The translations under genes were made by a program, and so were the position numbers. The notes beneath the pieces were generated by a model. It was not told where the DNA came from, did not search any database, and saw only the letters and a program-made list of their open reading frames with translations. Source: Planctomycetota bacterium (GTDB lineage: Bacteria; Planctomycetota; JAPUJT01). Taken from it: a stretch of DNA of 64,000 nucleotides. This document shows, in pieces, positions 44,223-52,867 of the stretch (the stretch's first letter is position 1; each line of letters starts with the position of its first letter). Location of the stretch: positions 2,992-66,991 of the forward strand of contig JAPUJT010000124.1 in NCBI GenBank assembly GCA_027296055.1. The letters are read 5' to 3'.

Positions 44223-46256
44223 CTAGAAATCTCTCCGCGCCTGGAGATTGATGGCGTAGACCCTGACGCTTCGACCATCCGAGAGAGCCAGATGTCTCCC
44301 ATCGCGTGAGAGGGCCTGATCCCGGATGTACGGTTGTGGAAACTCGCGAAGGACGGTCATCGTCGGAGTGTGCCAGAACACCACCGCGCTGCGTTTGTGA
44401 CCGACCGCGACCTTCTCGTTCAGGGCGCGCCACCATCGGGTCAGGAGTGGCCGTTGGCTCTCGAGAGCGAACGTCTTGGCGTCCGTCCGGTAGAGTGTCT
44501 GTCCATCCCCCCAGGTGATCGTCTTGCCGTCGGTGTCGAAGTCGACCGAGGTGACCGTCTTGTCGATCAGCTCCCTGTGGAGCAGCTTCCCGGTGTCGGA
44601 GACGATCACGAGGCCTCCCATCCCGCCATGACGGCCCCACCCACAGGCCATCGCGAGGGTGCTTCCATCGGGACTCCAGGCGAAGTCCATCGCGCTCTCA
44701 TAACCTCGTCCGATTGCCCTTCGGATCCCCTTCCCGAGCTCGATCATCTCGACGGAGTGGTTGGATGCGATCACTCTTTCGCCGTCCGGAGAGAGAGTGA
44801 GCCCGATCACGGACTTCCAACGATTCTCCGACTCCACCGAACGCAGGACCTTGGCCTCTCGGCCGTCCCAGAAGGATATCGACTCAGGACCGAGAAGGAC
44901 GAATTGCGAGCTCTCGTGGCCGGCGGCCAGGATCCCCGAATCCTCGATTCCTCTCTGCCGTCCGCTGCCCAGGTCGGTGAACACAACGCCTCCGTTTTCT
45001 CCGGAGATGGCGAGACAAGATCCATCCGGGGAAAAGGCGAGGCTCTGGACCTTCGACGCATGGCCGTTCGCTCGTCGGACGACGCCGTTCCTATCAGTGA
45101 TGGCGAGCCCGCCGTGGCCCGCGGACGCAATCGCCTTTCCATCCGGCGTGTAGGCTAGCGAGAGGGCCCAGGCGGGATGAGCCTCGAGGATCATCACCTC
45201 ATCCGCTGCCAGGTTCCAGGTGTGGATCTTCCCGTCCTTGCCCGAAATGGCCAGCTCCTTGCCGTCGGGGGATACCGCGAGGGCGGAAAACTTGCCGGAA
45301 AACTGCCGTTGCTTCTCACCGCAACGGACGATGCCATTTCTGAAGACGGCGGCAAGAGTTCCGCCGGGCAGGTAGGCCAAGTCCTCGATCCAGGTCTTCG
45401 GATCGACCATCTCATAGGAGACCTCGGCGCCCGACTCGACGTCATGCACGAAGATCTCCCCATTGCGATTCCCGGCCGCCACAAGCTTGCTGTCCGGGGA
45501 GAAGGCGATGGCGTCGATCGCCGCCGAATTGCGCTTCAGGACGTGCTTCCGATCGAGGGCCTCTCCGCCCCTCACGATCAACGTCGATGCGGCGGCCTGG
45601 TAGGCTATCCAGCGGCCGTCGGGGCTCCAGGCCAGTTTCCGGATTCTGCTTCCGCGGATCCTTCGGATCAAAGAGGCCTTCTTCACGTCCCAGATCACGA
45701 CGTCCCCGGCCGCCGAGGCGAGCCGCCTCCCGGTCGGGTCAAACGCCACGGTCCCTACCCAATGGTCGTGACCATGCATCACGGCCACCGGTTCGAGTGT
45801 GTCGGCGTCCCAGAGAATCACATCTCCCTTGTTCCCTCCCGAGGCCAAAAGCTTCCCGTCGAGACTGACGGCGACCGAATGGGCCGCTCCTCCGCTCACC
45901 CTAACCTCGATCACGAGGCGCAGATCGATCTTGTTCAGGCTCTGGATCTCGATCTGATGAAGGACCTGGCGTATCCGACCGATCACCTCCGGGTCGGTCG
46001 CCCCGGGCAGGGTGCTCTCGAGGGTCGTCCTCGCCTTCTCCCCCAGCCGGATGAGCCGCTGCGTCGCCCCCTCCCGCTGATCGAACTCCTCCGATCCGAG
46101 ACGCTCGATCAGGCGATGGATCTCCTCTTCGTCATCCGGATGGGAGAATGTGGGGGCACCCGCGAGGGCCGTCAAAGGGGTTGGTGGGGTCGGAGGGCTC
46201 GCGGGGGGCGGGCACAGGATAAGGATGGCAAGGGCTGCGGCCGAGGTTGGTTTCAT
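44223..46256 (-). CDS. Exported WD40/beta-propeller repeat protein (paralog of the downstream gene)
   Basis: ATG at 46256 (MKPTSAAALAILILCPP...) with GAGGTG upstream. The track start at 46325 adds an Arg-rich extension. N-terminal helical motif IERLGSEEFDQREGATQRLIRLG, then WD40/SPDG blades. Colinear with the 605-aa paralog. Confidence 0.8.
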   Translation of the reverse strand: MKPTSAAALAILILCPPPASPPTPPTPLTALAGAPTFSHPDDEEEIHRLIERLGSEEFDQREGATQRLIRLGEKARTTLESTLPGATDPEVIGRIRQVLHQIEIQSLNKIDLRLVIEVRVSGGAAHSVAVSLDGKLLASGGNKGDVILWDADTLEPVAVMHGHDHWVGTVAFDPTGRRLASAAGDVVIWDVKKASLIRRIRGSRIRKLAWSPDGRWIAYQAAASTLIVRGGEALDRKHVLKRNSAAIDAIAFSPDSKLVAAGNRNGEIFVHDVESGAEVSYEMVDPKTWIEDLAYLPGGTLAAVFRNGIVRCGEKQRQFSGKFSALAVSPDGKELAISGKDGKIHTWNLAADEVMILEAHPAWALSLAYTPDGKAIASAGHGGLAITDRNGVVRRANGHASKVQSLAFSPDGSCLAISGENGGVVFTDLGSGRQRGIEDSGILAAGHESSQFVLLGPESISFWDGREAKVLRSVESENRWKSVIGLTLSPDGERVIASNHSVEMIELGKGIRRAIGRGYESAMDFAWSPDGSTLAMACGWGRHGGMGGLVIVSDTGKLLHRELIDKTVTSVDFDTDGKTITWGDGQTLYRTDAKTFALESQRPLLTRWWRALNEKVAVGHKRSAVVFWHTPTMTVLREFPQPYIRDQALSRDGRHLALSDGRSVRVYAINLQARRDF

Positions 46257-46334
46257 GACACCTCTACCGTGAGTCTGGTTCCTCCGGGGATGATATCGAC
46301 GTCGGATGGCCCGATCTATCTGCACTCGACTGGA

Positions 46335-49300
46335 TCATCGAATCGTGGGAAGCGGGGCGAGCGCCGCCGCCCCCGCCGTCGAAGGTAGAGGGGCGACTCC
46401 GAGGCGGCTGGCGGTGACCGTGACGGCCCCGTACTGAGACTCGGCGCGTCCCTCCACGAGGTAGGGGCCCAGCACGCCGAGGGCGTCGCCGTACTGCTTG
46501 TAGACCCGGGGGAAGAGGGTTACCTCGAAGACCCCCGTCTCATCCTCCAGCGTCACGAACTCCATCGAGTCTCCCCGGGAGGTTTCGGTCCGGCGGGCTG
46601 CATCGAGAAGTCCCGCCACGCGGACCGTCTGACCGATCCGCTCCGGCAGCTGGCTCGCCAGGATGAGACCGTTCGCCTGTATGATCGGCCGGAAGAGTTG
46701 CATCGGATGGATGCTCACCGACAGGCCGAGGAGCTCCAGCTCGTAGAAGACTCGCTGGGGAAGGGGATGCGCCGGCAGGTCGGGAACTTTCGATGGAGCG
46801 AGATCCACCCGAAGGAGAGGCCCGCTCCCCCGTCCACGCCGCGCCGCGTGGTAGGTCGCCTTCAGCTCCCAGAGGAGCTGGGGGCGTGTCCGCTCCAAGA
46901 AGTCGATCGCTCCGACCAGGATCAGGTCCTCTGCCTCCTTCTCTCCCACGTCCGTCCGGACAAGGAGCTCGCCAAGCGATCCGTAAGGTCCCTCGCGTGC
47001 GCGCTCCCTGAGGATCGATCGGATCGACTTCGTCGAGAGACCCTTCAGTTGGCCGAGCCCCACCCGTATGGTCCCATCCTCCGCGGTGAACTCCTCCGAG
47101 GATCGATTCACGCAGGGCAGGCGGATCTCGACCCCCATCCGTTTCGCCTCCTCGATGTGGACCCTCTTCTCGTACATCCCGGCGTGGTGGTTCATCACGG
47201 CGACGAGGAACTCTGCCGGGTAGTGCGCCTTCAGGTGGGCGCACCAGTAGGCGAGTATCCCGTACCCCGCCGCGTGCGCCTTGCAGAACGAATACGAGTT
47301 GAACTTCCCCATCTGGACCCAGATATCCTCCGCCGCCTTCCGCTCCACCCCGTTCTCTTCGCACCTCTCGAGGAAGAATCGAGAGATCCGGAGGCGGTCC
47401 GCGTCGGTGCGGATCTTGCCGATCGCCTTGCGGAGCTTGTCCCCCTCGTCGAGGGAGAGTCCCCCCAGGGCGACGGCGACCAACATGGCGTCGTCCTCAT
47501 ACAGCATGATCCCGTACGAGTCCTCCAGCACATCCCGGAGCCGCGGGTGGGGGAAGGTGGCCGGCTCCATCCCGCGGGCCCGCCGGACAAACCGATCTTT
47601 CATCCCCGTTCCGGCCGGACCGGGCCGGATCAGCGCCAGGGCCTTCATCACATCCACCATCGAACCCGGCTGGAGCATCTGCAGGAGGTTCCGCATGGCG
47701 GGGGATTCGAGCTGGTTGCAGGCGATCGTCCGGCCACGCTGGATAAGGCTGATCGTCTCCGGGTCCTCGTCCGGGATCGTCTCCGGATCGAGCCGCCACC
47801 CGAGACGAGCTTCCACGAGATCGATCGTCTCCTTCACCGTGGAGAGGGCGCGGTTTCCCAAGAGATCCATCTTCACCAGTCCGATGTCCTCGACGGCGTC
47901 CTTCTCGTACTGGGTGATCACGATCCCCTTCGCCGCCCGCTCCAGGGGGACATAGGTGTCGAGAGGCTTGTCGGTCATCACCACGCCGCCGCAGTGGATC
48001 GAGAGGTGGTTCGGGAAGCCATGTATCCGATCGGCCAGCCGGACGATCGTCCGGAACGGCTCCTCCTGGATCGGAATCCTCCTTCGGGCGTGGCTCGCCT
48101 CGATCAGGCCGGCGATCCTTCCCCCCCCGCGGGGGATCCGGCGGCTGAGACGGTTTACATCGTCGTTGGAAACTCCGTACGCCTTCGCCACCTCCCGAAA
48201 GGCGCTCCGGGGCCGAAAGGTGATGTGCGTGGAGATCATCGCGACGCGGTCTGCCCCGTACGTCTTGTAGATGTGGGCGATCACGTCGTCCCGCGACTTC
48301 CAGCAGAAGTCGAGGTCGATGTCCGGATAGTCGGTGCGGCCGAAGTTCAGGAAGCGCTCGAAGTGGATACGGTACTTGATCGGGTCCACCCCCGTGATCC
48401 CGAGGAGGTAGGCGACGATCGAGCTCGCCCCCGAGCCGCGGCCGACCATCGGGATACGGTTCTCGCGGGCGTACCGGGCGATGTCGGAGACGACGAGGAA
48501 GTACTCGGCGAAGCCGAGCCGGGAGATCAGACCCAGCTCATGAGTCAGCCGCTGCAGCACCTCCGGTCGGATCGGCCGGTAGCGTCGATTCAACCCCTCG
48601 TGGGCCATCTTGTAGAGGAGCGAGTAGGACGTCTCCCCGGCGGGAACGGGGTAGCGGGGGAAGATCGGCCGGCCGAGGGGGATCTCCAGGTTGCAGTCGT
48701 CCGCGATCAGGAGAGTGTTCTCCAGGGCCTCCGGGGCCCTCGCGAAGATCCTCTCCATCCCCTCTGGCGGGAGGAAATAAGCCCCCGGGTGCGCGACGTC
48801 CCGATCCTCGAGCCGCGAGACGAGGGTGTTCTTCCGGATGGCGGAGAGGACTCGTTGAACCTCGTGATCCTCCGGCTCGCACAGGTACGCATCCGCCGTC
48901 GCCGCCAGCGGGAGGCCGAGATCCCTCGCCGCCTCCTGGAGCTTCCGCCACTTCGTCTCCCCCCGGCCAGGGGTGGCCAGCTCCAGCCAGAGCCGATCCT
49001 TGCCCACACGGCCCTTCAGGAAGCTGGCGAGTGCCGGGTCCTCCGTCAGGATGTGAAGCCCATCGTGAAAACGCTCGAGAGACTCCTGCAGGGAGAACCT
49101 GTCGTCGAGGTTGCGCCGGGTGATGATGCGACAGAGGTTGGCGTAGCCTTCCAGGTCTCTCGCCAGGAGCGTGACGACCTCATCCCCGTGGACGATCTCC
49201 GTCCCCACGATCGGCTTCAATCCCTCCGCCCGCGCCTTCTGGTAGAAGCGGATTGCCCCGTAGAGATTGTTTCGGTCGGTGAGAGCGAGCGAGCCGAGCC

Positions 49301-49400
49301 CGAACTCCTTCGCCTTCTCGATCAGGCGATCGATGGATGAAGTCCCTCGCAGGAGGGAGTAGTGACTCCGGAGCCGGAGTGGAACGTAGACCGGGCGCAT
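46335..49400 (-). CDS. dnaE2: Error-prone DNA polymerase III alpha-subunit paralog (DnaE2/ImuC type)
   Basis: PHP domain LRSHYSLLRG...LALTDRNNLYG, the pol III alpha core and a C-terminal OB fold. The protein (1,021 aa) ends right after the OB fold, with no tau-binding tail. It lies 64 nt downstream of lexA on the same strand. Confidence 0.8.
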   Translation of the reverse strand: MRPVYVPLRLRSHYSLLRGTSSIDRLIEKAKEFGLGSLALTDRNNLYGAIRFYQKARAEGLKPIVGTEIVHGDEVVTLLARDLEGYANLCRIITRRNLDDRFSLQESLERFHDGLHILTEDPALASFLKGRVGKDRLWLELATPGRGETKWRKLQEAARDLGLPLAATADAYLCEPEDHEVQRVLSAIRKNTLVSRLEDRDVAHPGAYFLPPEGMERIFARAPEALENTLLIADDCNLEIPLGRPIFPRYPVPAGETSYSLLYKMAHEGLNRRYRPIRPEVLQRLTHELGLISRLGFAEYFLVVSDIARYARENRIPMVGRGSGASSIVAYLLGITGVDPIKYRIHFERFLNFGRTDYPDIDLDFCWKSRDDVIAHIYKTYGADRVAMISTHITFRPRSAFREVAKAYGVSNDDVNRLSRRIPRGGGRIAGLIEASHARRRIPIQEEPFRTIVRLADRIHGFPNHLSIHCGGVVMTDKPLDTYVPLERAAKGIVITQYEKDAVEDIGLVKMDLLGNRALSTVKETIDLVEARLGWRLDPETIPDEDPETISLIQRGRTIACNQLESPAMRNLLQMLQPGSMVDVMKALALIRPGPAGTGMKDRFVRRARGMEPATFPHPRLRDVLEDSYGIMLYEDDAMLVAVALGGLSLDEGDKLRKAIGKIRTDADRLRISRFFLERCEENGVERKAAEDIWVQMGKFNSYSFCKAHAAGYGILAYWCAHLKAHYPAEFLVAVMNHHAGMYEKRVHIEEAKRMGVEIRLPCVNRSSEEFTAEDGTIRVGLGQLKGLSTKSIRSILRERAREGPYGSLGELLVRTDVGEKEAEDLILVGAIDFLERTRPQLLWELKATYHAARRGRGSGPLLRVDLAPSKVPDLPAHPLPQRVFYELELLGLSVSIHPMQLFRPIIQANGLILASQLPERIGQTVRVAGLLDAARRTETSRGDSMEFVTLEDETGVFEVTLFPRVYKQYGDALGVLGPYLVEGRAESQYGAVTVTASRLGVAPLPSTAGAAALAPLPTIR

Positions 49401-49464
49401 TCCCTTTTGTCCTCTGTGAACCCTATCCCATTCCCCGGCGAGCGATGAGCGTGCCGATGACCCA

Positions 49465-50064
49465 TCACATCCGCCGGTAGACCCCGATCACCTTCCCCGC
49501 CAGGCGAACCTCCTCGTCACACTCCCAGGTGCGGATCGGAGAGTAGTCGGGATTCTCCGGTCGAAGCTCCAGCCTCTTGCCCCGGACGAAGCGGGCCGTC
49601 TTCACCGTCGCCTCATCACCGATCAGGAAGACCCCGACCTCTCCATGGCGGATCTCTCTCGCCAGCCGGACGATCGCGTAGTCGCCGTCCCGGATCCCTC
49701 GCCCCGTCATGCTGTCCCCCTGGACCTGGAGGCAGAAGATCCCCTCCTCCGCCTGGCTGCCGGGCAGGCGGAGGTAGGCATCGATGTTCTCGAGCGCCAG
49801 GATCGGACGGCCTGCTGCCACCCGGCCGATCACCGGCACTCCGACCTCCGGCCGGACCTCGGGAGCGAGAGCGATCCCCCGATGCCGCCGACTGCGGGTG
49901 ACGAGCCCCTTCCTCTCGAGCGCCTGGACGTGCTGGAAGACCGAACGCACCGTCACCCTCATCGCCGCCGCCATCTCCTGGTAGGTGGGGGATCGTCCAT
50001 CCCTCCGGTAGGCCGCCTGCAGAAGTCTCAGGACCTTCTGCTGCTTGGTGGTGAGCGGTTTCAT
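49465..50064 (-). CDS. lexA: LexA repressor
   Basis: Winged-HTH SPTYQEMAAAMRVTVRSVFQHVQALERKGLV. Ala-Gly cleavage site (RVAAGRPI). Catalytic Ser (QGDSM) and Lys (ATVKT). GAGGAG SD. Confidence 0.9.
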   Translation of the reverse strand: MKPLTTKQQKVLRLLQAAYRRDGRSPTYQEMAAAMRVTVRSVFQHVQALERKGLVTRSRRHRGIALAPEVRPEVGVPVIGRVAAGRPILALENIDAYLRLPGSQAEEGIFCLQVQGDSMTGRGIRDGDYAIVRLAREIRHGEVGVFLIGDEATVKTARFVRGKRLELRPENPDYSPIRTWECDEEVRLAGKVIGVYRRM

Positions 50065-50084
50065 CCGAATCTCCTCATGTCCGG

Positions 50085-50113
50085 ATCATATCAATATATT
50101 ATTGATAGTTCAA
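50085..50113 (-). promoter_or_regulatory. lexA promoter with embedded palindromic operator candidate
   Basis: Minus strand: TTGAAC (50113-50108), 17-nt spacer, TATGAT (50090-50085). The palindrome TATCAAT-N5-ATTGATA (50089-50107) fills the spacer and touches the -10. The local sequence is AT-rich in a GC-rich genome. Confidence 0.55.
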
Positions 50114-50304
50114 GACAAAAAATAATCCCGGAGAGAAGGTCGATCCGGCGGCCTTGCGCAACCTACTCCGATGCGCCGGCAACGGCATGGACTTCCACAA
50201 CAAGGGGTGCTAGTCTTGAACATAGCCCCCATCACTTCGCTCGCGGTTTTGCACGATCCGGTCCCCGGTAATATCCCACAGGCTCAGAGAAAGGAGTGTC
50301 CCTC

Positions 50305-51537
50305 ATGCGGAAGCTCGTAGCCTTCCTGCTCCCCTTGGTACTCTGTGCGAGCCCGGCGATGGCGGGCTCGGTCTTCATATCCGGTCATGATGCGGAAGAT
50401 CACGGCGCCGAGGCCATCTACGCGGGGCTGTACGACAACATCCTGAGCAATGTGACGAACGGAGGCAGCGGGATCCTCTCGATCGGAGCCAATGGGGGAA
50501 CACCCGCCTCCAACTGGATCATGGACGTGGCTTCTCTGATGACCTTCCCGCAGGCCGTGACCCTGGTCAACGGCTTCGCCATTTCGTCCGTCGACTTCAG
50601 TGGGTTTGCCATCCTTCACATCCCCAGCGACAGGGGCGACGTCATAGGGGGAATCCTCCCCGCGGAAAACGCCCTGCTGACCGCGAGGGCGGCGGACGTG
50701 GAGGCCTTCGTGAATGGGGGCGGCGGTCTCTTCGCCCTCACACAGGGAGAGCTGCCCGACGCCTACGGTTGGCTCACCCCGATCGGGACCATCACGACCA
50801 TGCCGGTGGGAATCCTCGGAGACCTCCCCAGCGGAAACAAATTCGATGACGTGACCGCGACGGCGGAAGGGCTGGCTCTCGGGATCACGGACACCAACCT
50901 GGACGGATGTTGCTGGCACAGCGTCTTCACCGCCTGGCCAACATTCCTGACGGTCCTGGCGACGGCGAACACACCGCACCCGGCAGACGTGGCGTTTCAC
51001 AATCAAACGGCGGCCCTGGGGGGCGAGCAGGTAATCGTCCAGCTCTCCTGCATCGATATCAAACCGGGGAGCGACATCAACTCGATCAACAGGAGAAACC
51101 GCGGGGTCGTCCCCGTGGCGGCCCTCGGCAGCACCACGTTCGATGTGTCCGAGATTGACCCTGCATCCGTGCGCTTCGGCGCCGATTCCGCCTCGCCTGC
51201 GCACAAGGTGGGAATCCACTTCTCGGATGTAAACTCGGATGGAATCACGGACGCCCTCTTCCACTTCATCACACGCGAGACGGGAATCCAGCATGGGGAC
51301 GTCGAGGCGTGCATGACCTGGACGACCTTTGCGGGCGTCGACATGATGTGCTGTGACTCCGTCCGCACGGTGCCCACCCAGGGGCATCCGGGAGGCGGAT
51401 GCAGCGGAGCGATCGGCGGGCCCATGCCGTTCACCGATATCTTCGGGACGTTGCTGCCGTACCTCCTCCTCGGGCTGGTCTTGCTTGGTCTGAGATTTCA
51501 GAGGAGGCCCGTGCCCCGCGTGGCCGGCGCTCGATAG
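50305..51537 (+). CDS. Secreted protein with C-terminal hydrophobic anchor plus Arg-rich tail
   Basis: ATG at 50305 with AAGGAG 8 nt upstream. Signal peptide MRKLVAFLLPLVLCASPAMA-GS. Ig-like module IDIKPGSDINSINRRNRGVVPVAALGSTTFDVSEIDPASVRFG...VNSDGITDALFHF. C-terminus GPMPFTDIFGTLLPYLLLGLVLLGLRFQRRP. Confidence 0.7.
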   Translation: MRKLVAFLLPLVLCASPAMAGSVFISGHDAEDHGAEAIYAGLYDNILSNVTNGGSGILSIGANGGTPASNWIMDVASLMTFPQAVTLVNGFAISSVDFSGFAILHIPSDRGDVIGGILPAENALLTARAADVEAFVNGGGGLFALTQGELPDAYGWLTPIGTITTMPVGILGDLPSGNKFDDVTATAEGLALGITDTNLDGCCWHSVFTAWPTFLTVLATANTPHPADVAFHNQTAALGGEQVIVQLSCIDIKPGSDINSINRRNRGVVPVAALGSTTFDVSEIDPASVRFGADSASPAHKVGIHFSDVNSDGITDALFHFITRETGIQHGDVEACMTWTTFAGVDMMCCDSVRTVPTQGHPGGGCSGAIGGPMPFTDIFGTLLPYLLLGLVLLGLRFQRRPVPRVAGAR

Positions 51538-51578
51538 GGAACGGGATCGCACTCGTTCCGGTATGAACATCTGAATGC

Positions 51579-51615
51579 ATGGCCTCGGGATTCTCCGTCC
51601 CGAGGCCATTTCAAT
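51579..51615 (+). terminator. Intrinsic terminator
   Basis: 12-bp perfect stem ATGGCCTCGGGA / TCCCGAGGCCAT (51579-51590 / 51598-51609) with a 7-nt loop, followed by TTTCAATTT. It lies 42 nt after the stop at 51537. Confidence 0.65.
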
Positions 51616-51719
51616 TTCCAGTCTGGATTGCTGTACAATCTTTCCCCGTCCAGTCTCGATCAGGTGTCTTCAAGGATGGAGGATTCGAGCCCCCGCAGGT
51701 GGCTCAAGGAGGTGTTGGC

Positions 51720-52607
51720 ATGAACGTGAATCCAAGCTTGGCATGCGCGAGGTCCGGAATCGCGGTGGTGGCAATGGTCGGGGCCTTGTTGTTTCTCACT
51801 TCTGGCTTCGAATCGGCCGCGGCGCTCACATCGGAGGAAGGCGTCGAGCTGGTCTATCGACTCCAGGGTGCCTCGGTCTCGCAGGTCGACAAGGCTATTG
51901 ACGTCATCCAGAAGCGGCTCGAGCAGTTCGAACCCGTCAAGAAGGGTCAGGTGATTGTCAGTCTCCTGCGGCCACAGGAAATCTCGGTAAAACTACCGGA
52001 TCTGAAAGGTTCGGATCTGGAGCGGGCCAAGAATCTGATCGAGATGAGGGGGGACCTCCGCTTCATGATCGAATCCGTCAGGCAGGACGCAGCGAAGATC
52101 GCTGCCATCCTCAGACGTAAGGAGAATGGATCCTACAACCCCGACGATGAGAAGTTCGACATCGCCCTCAGGAAGAACGCTGAAGGCAAGCCCCTCCCGA
52201 CGAGCGACGCCGCCTCCTATTCCCTCGTCGTGAGGAAAGACGCCCTTTCCGGCGAGATGATCTCCAAGGTGTACGCCACAACGGATGATTTTGGCAGCTC
52301 CGCGATCGGATTTGATTGGAACGCTGAGGGATCTCGCCTCTGCGGAGAGTTGACGGAAAAGAACAAGGGGCGGAATCTTGCGATTGTCCTCGATGGCGTG
52401 ATTCTGTCCGCGCCGATGATCAAGGAGAGGATTACGGGCCAGGGGATCATCACCGGAAATTTCACGGTGGACGACATCAAAGACCTGATTGTCTTCCTCG
52501 GGCTCGAGAAACTGCCCGTAAAGCCGACCCTCCTGAAGGAGAGTCCACGGAGACCCGACACGAAGGACAAATCGGACGGGGGCGAGAAGCGCGGTACGGA
52601 AAAGTGA
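51720..52607 (+). CDS. SecD-like protein containing only TM1 and the periplasmic P1/head region
   Basis: ATG at 51720 with AAGGAGG 8 nt upstream. One TM helix (IAVVAMVGALLFL). Blocks AIDVIQKRLEQFEPVKKGQVIVSLLRPQEISVKLPDLKGSDLERAKNLIEMRGDLRF and NLAIVLDGVILSAPMIKERITGQGIITGNFTVDDIKDLIVFLG resemble the SecD periplasmic domain. No TM2-6 follows. Confidence 0.6.
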   Translation: MNVNPSLACARSGIAVVAMVGALLFLTSGFESAAALTSEEGVELVYRLQGASVSQVDKAIDVIQKRLEQFEPVKKGQVIVSLLRPQEISVKLPDLKGSDLERAKNLIEMRGDLRFMIESVRQDAAKIAAILRRKENGSYNPDDEKFDIALRKNAEGKPLPTSDAASYSLVVRKDALSGEMISKVYATTDDFGSSAIGFDWNAEGSRLCGELTEKNKGRNLAIVLDGVILSAPMIKERITGQGIITGNFTVDDIKDLIVFLGLEKLPVKPTLLKESPRRPDTKDKSDGGEKRGTEK

Positions 52608-52867
52608 ATGCGTCGCGACTCTTCGAGTCGTGCACTTTGCTCGCGGTGAACCTGTCTGAGAAGCCTCCCTGGATGAGGTCAAACCCTCATCTCATCTCGT
52701 CGTCCTTCTCGCCCGCCGACGCGCCGGAACGAACGCGGGCTGGGCCCGCACGCAGCAAATGGGCCTCTGCAGCGTCTAGGGGGGGACAGCGATGCGTGAA
52801 CAATGTAGAGTGACTTGCGAGAGAAAGAAACGAGACGACGGGGTGCGGGAAGATAGGGAGTGATTTC

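Noticed and set aside
43285-44640. A 451-aa minus-strand ORF bridging the two WD40 genes in another frame.
   Set aside because: Arg/Pro/Gly-rich low-complexity product. It overlaps two ORFs with clear WD40 blade periodicity and signal peptides.
51609-51639. A TACAAT hexamer (51634-51639) upstream of the SecD-like gene, considered as a -10 element.
   Set aside because: No acceptable -35 lies at 16-19 nt (best TTCAAT, 3 of 6 matches). It is left unannotated.
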